Shown in pieces: positions 1 through 11,420 of a stretch of 64,000 bases of DNA. A program made the position numbers and the translations under genes. This DNA is from Sminthopsis crassicaudata. Lineage: Eukaryota. The notes beneath the pieces are model-generated. The model made no database searches. It worked only from the letters and a program-made list of their open reading frames with translations, and was not told the DNA's origin. The stretch is taken from positions 612,540,958 through 612,604,957 of the forward strand of contig NC_133617.1 in assembly GCF_048593235.1 (NCBI RefSeq), given 5' to 3'. Position 1 is the first letter of the stretch. Each line of letters starts with the position of its first letter.

Positions 1-11
1 TGTTCTAAATC

Positions 12-27
12 AAAGGAAAGGGGAAGA
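12..27 (+). other. Retroviral polypurine tract (PPT) directly before an LTR start
   Basis: Pure-purine run AAAGGAAAGGGGAAGA abuts the TG start of the LTR at 28. This is the canonical PPT-3'LTR arrangement. Confidence 0.7.
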
Positions 28-210
28 TGTTGGGATTACTAGGTGAGAACTCGGGTTGTCTGGATAGTGACAAGGTGAGAATTCAGGTTGGACAATTACA
101 AGGTGAGAACTCAGGTTGACTTGATGGAAGGAGCAGGCTCATTGGCTGAGGTGGTTCTTCCCAGAAGCCCTTGCATTATCCCACGCCCATTCTCTGGGAG
201 AATAAAAGAG
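28..210 (+). mobile_element. ERV LTR, U3 portion (probable 3' LTR, truncated after the TATA-like box)
   Basis: Starts TGTT. Three AGGTGAGAA(C/T)TC(A/G)GGTTG subrepeats (41-58, 73-90, 101-118), inverted CCAAT (ATTGG 141-145), GC box CCACGCCC (181-188), AATAAAAG at 201. Confidence 0.75.
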
Positions 211-234
211 AGGACTCCCAGAGATAAAAAAAAA

Positions 235-467
235 AGACTCTGCATTGCATCAGGCTTGACGGGGCTCTCTGCGCCCAGTGCTGTCTCTTTTATCCTCCCA
301 GAGAATGGGCGTGGGATAATGCAAGGGCTTCTGGGAAGAACCACCCCAGCCAATGAGCTTGCCCCCTCTATCAAGTCAACCTGAGTTCTCACCTTGTAAT
401 TGTCCAGTAAACCTGAATTCTCACCTTGTCACTATCCAGACAACCTCAGTTCTCAGTAATCCTAACA
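235..467 (-). mobile_element. Second copy of the same ERV LTR, inverted, U3 into R
   Basis: The minus strand from 467 reads TGTTAGGATTACT... and aligns to 28-210. It continues into CpG-containing sequence past the TATA-like GATAAAAG. Confidence 0.75.
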
Positions 468-1639
468 CTGAATGAATGTTATTGACAATGGAACCAAGAA
501 AGAAACAAAGCAAATGCTCATAGTTTGGGGAAAGTAAGCAAATTGTGATGTAAACATAATGAAATATTACTGAACTATATGGAGTGAGGAATATGAGGAA
601 TACAAAGAAAAAGAGGAAGACATGTGTGAATTGCAACAAACTGAAGTAATTAGAATAATTGACAATGCAGATACTACCAGAATGATTTACCAAAATAAAA
701 AATAATAATAACAAAAAGAATACTAAAAAGGAAACTATGCTCTGTTACAATGATTTTTTAAAATCATGTCTGAATTTATTCATGTTCTCAATAAGCTCCT
801 ATGATACCTTTTGACATTTAAAGCCCTTCACAACTTGTTTGTACATTCAACCTTCTAGGAGTAAACTGCATTATCCAACCAACCTCATTATCATACCTTC
901 TATGGTTCACTCAAATTGGTCTCCTTGCTATACTTCACAAATACAGCATTTCATCCCCATTTCTAATAATACCTCTGAACAAACTATTACCAATATATGT
1001 ATACATAGACTCTGGAGCCTGCTTTCCCTTCCCTATGTTATAGGGTCACAAAAAATCTATAACTGAACTACAAAATCCAGGGGAAAGCGAGCTAAAGTTT
1101 AGGAAACATTTGGAAAAAGAATAATTCATAATTCATCATTCTTCTCCTTTATGGAATACTTGTGGATTTCCCCTTAAGCCATGCACATCTTTTCTAAGCT
1201 CTTTCTGGAATTTTGAAGCTACCTTTTCCCAGTATGCCTAATTTGGTTTTGAATGTCTATACAGACAGTGCCACTAGCCACTGTTATTCTGATGATTGTA
1301 TTGGATGAAAAAGTCCAAATCCTCGAATCTTCTGGAGTTTAATAATTCTTCACTTGTTGAAAAAAAGTGAGGGTGAGTCCAAACCTAGGCAACACTTAAA
1401 AGTATTTTCTTCTTGGAAACTTCAAAAGAATGACTTTATCAACTCTATTATAAGACAATCAAGTACCTAGAATCCAACTTTTTCTATTTTTTTGTAAAAT
1501 CCACAGCATGAAATAAATCTCTTCAATCAATTCAAATATGCTTCCTTTGCACCATCACTTAAGTTCATCCAACAAACTCCAAAGTCAAGACAAAATAACC
1601 AGAATTAGAAGGAACTTGGTAAATTTGTGGGGAGAGAGT

Positions 1640-2480
1640 AGGATGGTGATTAAAATACAGCAAATTCTCTGATGAGAGTTTTATTTTTCAAATATATATG
1701 AAACAAATGAATTTATAAAAACAATTGCCATTCCCCAATTAATAAATGGTCAGTTTTCAAAAGAATAAAAACTCTCAATACTCTAAAAATGGCCTAAGTC
1801 ACTTATAATTAGAGAAAGTTAAAACAATATTAAAGTAGTACTTCACACCAAGCAGATTTGATGACATGACAAATGATGAAAAATTTTGGGAAAATAGATA
1901 CATAATGCACTCTTGTATGATATGGTCCTATTATTCTGAAGAATGATTGGAATTAAGCCCAAAGAGCCATAAATCCCTAGGTTTGTATCCTAAAGAGATC
2001 AAAGATAAAGATTTATAGCAGTTTTGTTGTCAGTGTGTGGGGGGAGGGAGGGTGTGGGTGTGGAGGTGTGTCTCAGCAAAGTACTAGAAACTGAAAGGAT
2101 ATATCAATTCTGGAGTGGTTATAAACAAGTAATGGTATATGATTGTGATAATATGCTATTGTGCCATAAAAAATGATAAAGGGAATAGTTTCAGGAAAAC
2201 CTGGAAGACTTGGATGAACTGATGCAAAATGAAGTAAACAAAACAAAACAAAACAATGGATAGTAACAGCAATCTAATAGCAATCATTTGTAGAAAAGCT
2301 ACAGAGCAATCTTGTAACAATCAACTGTGGAAAAACTACAGCTAATCTTATCAATACAATGATCCACAACAATTCTAAAGGACATAATAAAAAATACGAT
2401 CCACCTCCAGAGAGAGAACTGATGAACAAAAGTGCAGATTGAAATAAATTACCATTGGTATTTCTTGCTTTTTTTAATGT
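1640..2480 (+). mobile_element. Old L1 fragment (ORF2 end / 3' UTR)
   Basis: Degenerate marsupial L1 3' motifs, e.g. ctaggtttgtatcctaaagagatcaaag and ggaagacttggatgaactgatgcaaaatgaagta. Confidence 0.7.
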
Positions 2481-2639
2481 GTCTACTGAAGAAAAAAAAA
2501 AAAATGATCAAGAATTTTTCATACTAGTTTAAAGTCTTGATTGAATAATTCAATAAAGTTTTAGAGCTATTTTCAAAGAAGCATCCACTTCTCAATGATG
2601 TTTTTTCCCTCCATTTGTTCTTAGCTAATAGAAGATGAA

Positions 2640-3030
2640 GGATAATCTCACTCCTTACCTTTGCCACTTAGAATACCAAGCTTTTTTCAAATTACAACTA
2701 AAGGACCATTTCCTACAGAAAGCCTTTCCTATTCTTCCCAGGTGAGTTTCCTCCATAATTATCTGTACTGAGTGTGTACATTTGTGTGTGTGTGTGTGTG
2801 TGTCTGTGTGTGTATAGTGGATACATGTATACATATAAGCATGTATATATTATATGTATGTAATATATATATTCTTATGAACATTTTATCTCACTTGTTA
2901 AGCGAGTGTTAAGATGTAAGCTCTTTGAGAACAAGATCTTTTTTTAAGTTTTATCTTTATATCCCTAATACTTAGCTTTATGCCTGACACTTTGAATAAT
3001 AAATGTTAATTTTATTAATTGTTGATTAAT
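2640..3030 (+). mobile_element. L2 3' fragment containing a (TG)n tract
   Basis: gtaagctctttgagaacaag ... atccctaatacttagc ... aataaatgtt resembles the L2 3' end. Confidence 0.6.
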
Positions 3031-5324
3031 CAGCAATATTTAATCTGGAGAAAAGATGCAACCGTGGAGGACTTCAAGGTGTCATATATACTCCCATAAT
3101 TATGTTGATTAGATTTACTAAACTATTTTGTTTGTTATGAAGGATGACTCTGTATGTGTGTGTGTGTGTATGTTGTTTATGTATTTGATCTAGAAAACAT
3201 TGTGAGGTAAATAATTTTAAAAGGAATACAACACTAAATTTTACTCTTTAGGGAAATTTTAATAAATGATAAGCAGATAAGTATGAAAACTGGATTAGGA
3301 ATCAAAAGATCCTTGTCTATGACTCCAATTATTATTGACAATATGGCTTTGAGCCAGTCACAAGCTCTCTCCATCTCACTTGCTTGTCTGTAAAATATAA
3401 ATACTATCTCTTGTACTACCTAGCTACTTCAGTGAGCACTAAAGATAAGGAGCCTTATAAATATAAGCCATTATTATTATGACAAGTTGCCAGACTGACA
3501 GCTCAAGTGTTTCACTGGAACCTATGCTTTTCCTAGAATAGTAAAAAGGCCTTTAAGAAGGCCTCAATAACATGGCACAGATGATCTTTGAAGGATTTAT
3601 AGGAGGAGAAGCAAAAGAATGAAGGAAGAGAACAAGGTAAGCGTTCTATACCAACATAAGGAAAAATCCACATCACTGAGATCAGAATCCAATAATATTA
3701 TGAATTACGGAATTCAGAATAAATTTATATTATCTGGAAGTGTACTGTGAGACAGAGACAGAGATCTTGTGAATGAAAAAACCTGCAATAATATCCAAAT
3801 GTCACTTTAGTTTGTTCCTTCATGTTAATGATTAGTGATTCAGAGTATTTGGGGTGGAAAAAAAGAATATTGCAAAGAACATTTCTGCCAGTCTCAAGGT
3901 CTCAGTAACCAAATCTGCATAATGCAAAAAACATCATCTTATTCTTTCTATGGTTATAAACTGATCTCCCTTGATAAAAGGGTGAATGGCAGTTATTGCT
4001 AGGAATCTGGATACATTTTAAATAACTTTCAGGCTCACAAATAGACACTGATCCAACTAGCAGACGTTAAACACAACCTATGAGTTTCCTAATTTGCATT
4101 TTCTTTTGGCTAAAGTCCATCTGGCAAAAATATTGATTCATGAGGGGAAAAAATGGGCAAAAAGATAAAGGAGAGAGTAATTGTAATAGATCCTAATAAA
4201 ACCTCGAAGATTATTTTATTTCAATAATCTAAAATATGGCATTATTATTTCCTTATCCTGAGTGATTGGCTTGTCAGGATTTCTGTTATTATTGCTATTT
4301 TAAATACCAATGCAAGAACCTTGGATTATTTTGTGCCAAGAATTTTCTTTCTTCTTTATCTTCTTCCCAATAAATAACAAAAAAATTCCTCCTAAAAACA
4401 GTCAACATAGAAAAATTTTAATAGCTATTTGGATCGCATGCCATTCAATAATGCATTCTTTTGCTGATGTTAACCTAATTATTATAAGCTATTATAATAA
4501 TTAAAAATTATCATTGTGCCATGAGGATACTTCATATTTGTATACTTAAGAGAATCAAGAAATTATGATAATATAGGTAAAAATCAATAATAATTTTAAA
4601 ATATCTTGTCAAAAAAGTTTTTATAGGAAATAGCTTGAAAAATTAAAACTATGCAATTAAATTGAATTAAATGCTTCTCAGAAATTGGACAAAACTCCTT
4701 TCACATGAAAATGAGGTAAAAATGTAAATTCTGTGAAAGCTCCGAAATATATCTTGAGAACCCTAAATGTCAAATTTAAAAGAAATTTTTAAAGAAGTAC
4801 TTTTTACTAGTAGCCTACCTTAGCACGTAAAATTATATCTTTCCACATTAATATGAACACTTTATATCTGACATAATGCAATATAAGGAAACATCACTGT
4901 GATGTCTTTTTGTTTTGTTTTTCCGAATCTTTATTAGTCTACACTGAAACACTCTTTTGTTATATAGTATTTAATATAAAGTACAGAAAAAAATTCATGA
5001 CAGGTCATAAAATTTTGCATACATTTTTCTGAAGCTAATGAAAATCCCTAAAAGACTCCAAGGTTATAAGAGAGTGTAGAGATCAGTGACAGAACGGAGA
5101 TAAAAGATGTTAGTAATGGACATTGAGTAGAATTTGAAACATGACATTTAATTTAATTTAAGGCAGTGATACTGGCTGTTCAAACTAGCCCTCCTCTAGG
5201 AGTTGTGTTAGGACACAAAATGGTACAAACTACTGCCACTGCTGAAACTTGACCTACAACTTATGCCATAATTTTGAACAGGCAAGGGGAAAAATAAATG
5301 TTTATACATAGCCTATTATACGTC

Positions 5325-5520
5325 AGCCATTGTGCTAAATTCTTTTTACAAATTTTATTTCATTTGATCCTCACAACAGACTTAGAAGATAGATGCTATT
5401 GAACTTAGGCAAACAGAGGTTTTGACATGCCCAGAATTATTCAGTTAGTCAGTGTCTTAGGTCAATTTTGAACTCAGGTCCAATATTTTGTCCATTAAGT
5501 CACTATGCCATGAAGATAGA
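5325..5520 (-). mobile_element. MIR-family SINE
   Basis: catttgatcctcacaac ... atgctatt ... ttttgaactcaggtc matches the reverse MIR core. Confidence 0.6.
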
Positions 5521-5741
5521 TACATACAAGATAGTATGCTATACAATTGCAAAGATAGTAATAAATTATAATAAGAAGAACCTATATAAATATAACATTA
5601 TAAAAAATATAAAGCACTTCTTTCAAAACCCTCTGAAAATAGCTTGTCCAAATATTATTATGCCCATTTTACATATATGAAGATCTTATAGACTGACAGA
5701 TTTTCTATTGATTACAAATAAATAACGTACAAGAACAACAA

Positions 5742-5970
5742 AGTGGTGCAGCAGATAGAGTACTAAACCTGGAGTCAACAAAACTCATCTTCATGAGTTT
5801 GAATACAGACTCATTCAAGTATGAGCCACATGACTCTGAGCAAGTCATTGAACCCATTTTGCTTCAGTTTCCTTATCTGTAAAATAAGCTGGAGAAGCAA
5901 ATGGCAAACCACTCTACCACCTTTGCCAATTGGGATCACAAAGAGTAGCACATGACTGAACAACAGCAAC
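5742..5970 (+). mobile_element. MAR1-like marsupial CORE-SINE
   Basis: tRNA-like head, ctcatcttcatgagtt, core, and ctggagaagcaaatggcaaaccactc ... gactgaacaac (RTE/BovB-like tail). Confidence 0.8.
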
Positions 5971-7344
5971 TAATTTTTCCTAATTGTGATTTAAACTCAA
6001 ATCATTCCTAATTACAATTTCAGTAGATTTTTCTACAAGTTATACTTCTTTCTGAAAAACAGAAAATGGCAAATTTCCTGTCCTCAATGATCTTACTACC
6101 TAATGCCAAAAAAGTAGGTTTTTTAAATGCATAGTTTATTCTGAAGTTGATGGGGAGGGGGGGGAATATTTTGAAGTTGGGGGGGGGAAGAGGGAAGAAT
6201 TCCTATTGAGCAAAAAAAAAAAAAAAGTTAATAAATAAGGGTATTGAGTCTATGGTTAACTCTCCAATCACCATACCAAGCTGTCCTGGTTTTTAATATA
6301 TTAAATGTAAATATCAAAGTGGCTAATAAAAAATAGCCTGGAAAAGAGTTTAAAACTAGACCAGTTTTAGAATTTTCCATTTGATTTATTCATTCATATA
6401 ATTAATTGCAAAGGCAGATTCATTTTAATAGCATCATAACCACACTTGCTCCAGATTCTCTATCATGCACTCCCTCAGAATTGCTAATTCTTAAAAGATC
6501 TTTGAACTTCTTTCACCTGATGCTGTCTTTTAACTCAGTGAAAGCAGGTTAATGGCTCAGACACACTGATAGAATTCAAAAGAAATACTAATGCTGTCAT
6601 TAATTTCCACAGAGAATGACATAAAAACCACCCAAGCAATTTGCATCTCTTTCTAGCTAAAGTTCTACTTCCATACTAACAAACAAAATGTTGATGAGTA
6701 ACACTAAAGCCTCTCCCCTAGGATTACCTTCTACCTACTCTCTATGTAACTTGTGAGTACCTAATAACTTACATGTTGTCTGCCACACAAAAGCATTGGC
6801 TTCCTAGCCACGGATTGGTTTTGCCTTTCTTTTTACCATGTTTAGCACGTAGTAATACCTGAATACATTGCTTTTTAATTGATTGATTGATTTTCTTGTG
6901 ACCAGAACTATGTTACCTCCTAGGAACCATTTTCTAATCTAAGAATATTCCCCATAGTTAGTGGTTAATAAAATGTTATGAATCTAATTATAAAAGTATT
7001 TCTAAAAAATAAATTATGTAATGAGAGGAATTAAAGCTATCAGAACTAGTGCTACCACTACTGCTATATTACCAACATTGATGCAATGCTTTATGGTTTG
7101 CAAAACACTTTATCTCAATTCATAGTCAGCCCTAGTGAGATAGATATTATGATAAAACTGACAGACTTAGAGTCATTAAATGAGTGCTTCAGGGTCATTT
7201 AGTTACAGAGAAGCTAAGATAGGATGTGAATTCAAGTCTTTTTTACTCCAGGGCTATTACAATTCCATGTATGGGGTTATGAAGAGCCTCACACAATAAA
7301 TTTTCTATGCCACTAAAGAATAAAATTCTTGAAATAGGACTAAA

Positions 7345-7439
7345 AAATTCCAAAGATTATATCGTGAATTCAAATTAATACTAAGAAGAAACAAATTCAA
7401 AGATTACATCATGCATTCAAATCAACACTAAAAAGAACC
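7345..7439 (+). repeat. Diverged tandem duplication, two ~47 bp units
   Basis: aaattccaaagattatatcgtgaattcaaattaatactaagaagaaac versus aaattcaaagattacatcatgcattcaaatcaacactaaaaagaacc. Confidence 0.8.
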
Positions 7440-8589
7440 AATAAATTCAATAAATGTCAATAATTAGATAACCAAATCCATCTTTAATTTTTCATTTCAC
7501 CCTATATAATTACCAAATTTAAATAGAAAATCCAAATATTTAAATGGGAAGTATATGAAAGATTAATTTTATGTGCAGTAATGAAAATTTTATGGTTTTG
7601 ACATTTTCCACTACTCTCTTCCAAAAAGTCAGACAACAAAATTAGAAAACAGCACTATAAGAAAGAGAAGGGAATAGAAATGCAAGATAAGGAAGAACTT
7701 AGGGGATTTGTGTTCATCTTTTCAAAAGGAAATCAAATAATTGTGCATTCAGAGACTAGGCAAAAATCAAACAGAAGGGTGTATTTGGCACAGAAGAATG
7801 CCTTTTAACTGTAACAACATGTCTGAAATTGCTTGAGGCTCTTTCTATAGGGAAGTCACCAAAATGCTTATTTGAATACATCCACTTCCAACACCCTCCA
7901 CCAGATACAACAAACACTGACATACACACTCACACAGGCTCACACTCATGTACACACCCATGTACACTCCATGAAACAGCCTCTTCTTCCTGCTCAGTAG
8001 GAAGCTATATCCAAAATACGTGATTGACTATACCCTCTAATTCAAAACCTCCAACATTCAGGTGTCATTTTCCTAAGCTGTAAAGGGCTTAGGCTTCACA
8101 GTAGATTCTGTCTATCCTACCAGAAAACTTCTGACAACAGCTTTCAATCTGGAAGGGGAGGGAGAAAGCTGTGATTTTTTGATTATAAATGTCAGCCTCA
8201 TTAGAAATGAGTTGCTAAAATATTCTGTAAATAATGAGGATGCATTCCAATGGTATACTGCTGTCATTTAAAAGCTCATTACCAAAAATAGAAATAATAG
8301 GAGAGAGGATGCATTCCAGGATGTGAACTACCTCTTCTGTAATGCAATTGTATCCCAGAATTCCTGGAGGAAAAAACTATACCCATCTCCACCCTAACTG
8401 ACAGAAAGGATTCTAGGAATCTATCTTGTTCCTTCATTTCTCTGCTTCCTCCAAAATAAAGTGGACTCCAGAGTGCCTCTTTGTTTAGTCCTTTCTTCCT
8501 TAGAAAAACTCCAGCAGTTTCCCCATTCCAAGGTAATTAAAGGCGAATGAGTCCTAAATTTTTAGCTCTCCATTCCCTGAGCCAGCCAA

Positions 8590-8965
8590 ATTTCAAATAC
8601 ATTAAATTTAAAAGTTTTTGCACAAATAAAACCAATACAGGTAAAATTAGAAAAGAAACAGAAAGCTGGGAAACAATGTTTACAGCCAGTAAGATTGGCT
8701 AAGATGACAGGAAAAGAAAATGGTAAATTTGGAGGGCTTATAGAACATTTAAAACACAGATACATTATTAGTGGAATTGTGAATTGAACCAGCCATTTTT
8801 AAGAGTATATTTGGAACTATGTCCAAAGGATAATGAAATTGTGCGCATCCTTCAATCCAGTAGTGCCACTATTTGATCTGTATCCCTTAGCCCAAAGAGA
8901 ACATAAAAGAGGGGAAAGGATGCCCATGTTCAAAAATGTTTGCGGTAGCTCTGTTCAAGTTGGAA
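8590..8965 (+). mobile_element. L1 ORF2 C-terminal fragment (internally deleted)
   Basis: attaaatttaaaagtttttgcacaaataaaacc and ttggaactatgtccaaagg ... ccactatttgatctgtatccc are L1 ORF2 motifs. Confidence 0.75.
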
Positions 8966-9033
8966 CAACTAGCTCCAATAATCAGTTCAGATGCAGCCAC
9001 CTTCATGTGACTGCCTATAGTTAACAATATTTA

Positions 9034-9178
9034 GGGGGCAGCTAGGTGGTGCAGTGGATAGAGCACCAGCCTTGAATTCAGGAGGACTCAGACACTTAAC
9101 ACTTCCTAGCTGTGTAACCCTGGGCAAGTCACTTAACCCCAGCCTTGGGGGAAAAAAATGTAAAAATAAAATAAAAAT
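9034..9178 (+). mobile_element. WSINE1-like SINE with the B-box region deleted
   Basis: ggggcagctaggtggtgcagtggatagagcacc head, A-rich tail and a TSD-like acaatatt/gcaatatt. The gagttcaaat segment is missing. Confidence 0.85.
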
Positions 9179-10474
9179 GTAGCAATATTATAATTATACA
9201 TATAAACATAAGAGTGATAAACCCATTCCTAGTTTAGTGGTCCTTTCTATGTGATAAACAAATAAACTCAGCTCTCCCATGCATAACTATAGGTTCTAAT
9301 TTCAGTGGCTTTCTCTGTGACAAAGTCTTGGTCACTAAGACATAAATATAAAAAAAAAAAAAAACTTCAGAAGGCAGCAAATATTAAAATTACACAAAAT
9401 TAAAGTAGAAAGAAACAAGTATAAATATAGACAAAAAAATTTAACCATAATCACCATAAACTTCATATTTAAACAGAAGATCATAGATTAATTACATTTT
9501 GATCTATTTTACTTTGGCTCAGAAAAAATAAAAAAGTGAATGAAGTTACATAACAGTAATGTTACCAAAACACTGGAATTGTATAATGGTGTGCAAAAAT
9601 AGAAAAAAAAAAATATTGCTCTTACACAATGCTGTATAAACCAAATTAAGTAATAGAAAAATTTCTTATTTATACATAAAAATTCAACTTGCTTGTATAA
9701 TTAATTACATTCAAAACTTTAAATTATGCTTGTCACGAACAAACATGAAATCTGATTTTTTTTCCCTTTTGAATTACTAGATTATCCACTAAATCAGTAA
9801 AAAAAAGGAAATAAAGCACTGTTTTTAATTAGCTACAACTTATTTTAAATGCATCTACTACAAAGTTAGCAATTTCCATGCTTAATGAGGTAGACAAATA
9901 TAAGGAATCAATTTGCACTCACACTATATTCTTTCACTAAATCTTGAGCACTCTAAAAGTAGAAAGATAGATTATCTTAATAATTAATTATATTTACAAG
10001 GATTTGTGCAGTTTGATTTTTTAGATTATTTGAATAAGTAAACATGGATAAAAGGGACAATTTTACTAGAGGTATTACAAAGTTTGGATCAAAAAAGTTA
10101 AAGATGTTTAAATTGTTTAGCAAAAAAATAAAATACATTGTCTCAAGACTCAATAATATAAGGCAGCAACTGCATAGTAAATAGAGAACTAGACTTTGAG
10201 TGAGGAAGAATAAGGGTGAAATTTGGCCTATGACCAAGAAATGTGATCAAATTCAAGTGATTTAACTGCTCTGAGAGGATAACACCCTAAAACACTAAAT
10301 TAAACGGTTTGTGACCATTGTTGGTGTAAAAAATTCCCAGCAGTTATTATTTTTCACACATATAAAATGGTATGATGTACTGACTTAGGTTTTCAAGAAT
10401 TCCAATGGGGGAAAAAACAATTTTCATATCCTGTAGTATTGAAAGATGTCTTTTCGGTGTTTAATTTTTAATCA

Positions 10475-10600
10475 TATTCAACTCTTCGGGACCTCTCCCC
10501 TTTGGGATTTTCCTGACAAAGATACTGAGTAGTTTGCTGATTCTTTATCCAGCTCATTTTACAGATGAAGAAACTGAGGTAAACCTTTGATCAGGGTCAC
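10475..10600 (-). mobile_element. MAR1-like SINE fragment
   Basis: gactctt-like ... tttgggattttcctgacaaagatactgagtagtttgc ... cagctcattttacagatgaagaaactgagg. Confidence 0.7.
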
Positions 10601-10749
10601 ATAGTATCCAGCTGAAAAATAGACTCTTGGAAATAAAAATAATGATATTAAAATACAAGTTAACTTATTTAATTTTAGAACAGCAAAGAGAGATCCACTT
10701 GATTTTTTTCTTGTAATATTCTTTCTTAAAAATTAATATTTATCTGGCC

Positions 10750-11420
10750 AGAAACTGGAAACTAAGTGGATGCCCATCAATTGGAGAATGGCTGAATAAA
10801 TTGTGGTATATGAATATTATGGAATATTATTGTTCTGTAAGAAATGACCAATAGGATGATTTCAGAAAGGCCTGGAGAGACTTACATGAACTGATGCTGA
10901 GTGAAATGAGCAGGACCAGGAGATCATTGTATACTTCAACAACAATACGATATGATGATCAAGTCTGATGGATGTGGCCTCTTCAACAATGAGATGAACC
11001 AAATCAGTTCCAATTGAGCAGTAATGAACTGAACCAGCTATACCCAACGAAAGAACTCTGGGAGATGACTATGAACCACTACATAGAATTCCCAATCCCT
11101 CTATTTTTGTCTGCCTGCATTTTTGATTTCCTTCACAGGCTAATTGTACACTATTTCAAAGTCTGATTCTTTTTGTACAGCAAAACAACTGTTTGGACAT
11201 GTATACATATATTGTACTTATACCTGTATAAGTATACTTGTATATTTATACAAGTATACTTGTAACTTATACTTTAACATATTTAACATGTATTGGTCAA
11301 CCTGCCATTTGGGGAGGGGGGTAAGGAGGGGAAAAATTAAAACAAAAGGTTTGGCAATTGACAATGTTGTAAAATTACCCATGCATACATCTGGTAAATA
11401 AAAACTATTAAATAAAAAAT
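10750..11420 (+). mobile_element. Relatively young 5'-truncated L1 (ORF2 end plus 3' UTR)
   Basis: agaaactggaaactaagtggatgcccatcaattggagaatggctg ..., G-rich 3' UTR tract, AATAAA and A tail. Closely similar to 42557-43002. Confidence 0.92.

Larger units (their letters stand above)
28..467. repeat. Long inverted repeat: ~183 bp arms (28-210 and ~284-467) with a ~73 bp spacer
   Basis: Manual reverse-complement alignment shows about 9 substitutions and two 4-nt indels. The mirror-image ORFs 88..384(+) and 111..392(-) reflect it. Confidence 0.95.

Noticed and set aside
41-118. Three spaced 18 bp repeats resembling a mini CRISPR array
   Set aside because: The spacers are only 10-14 nt, the context is a mammalian LTR U3 where enhancer subrepeats are normal, and there are no cas genes.
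88-392. Near-identical ORFs on opposite strands (98 aa and 93 aa)
   Set aside because: They are a by-product of the LTR inverted repeat. The plus ORF has a non-ATG start, and neither resembles gag, pol, env or any domain I know.
3537-3636. Plus-strand AG...GT segment with good splice sites
   Set aside because: There are stops in all three frames, and the purine-rich sequence resembles a decayed reverse L2.
6152-6194. G-run cluster that could form a G-quadruplex
   Set aside because: It is simple homopolymer low-complexity sequence with no promoter or other functional context.
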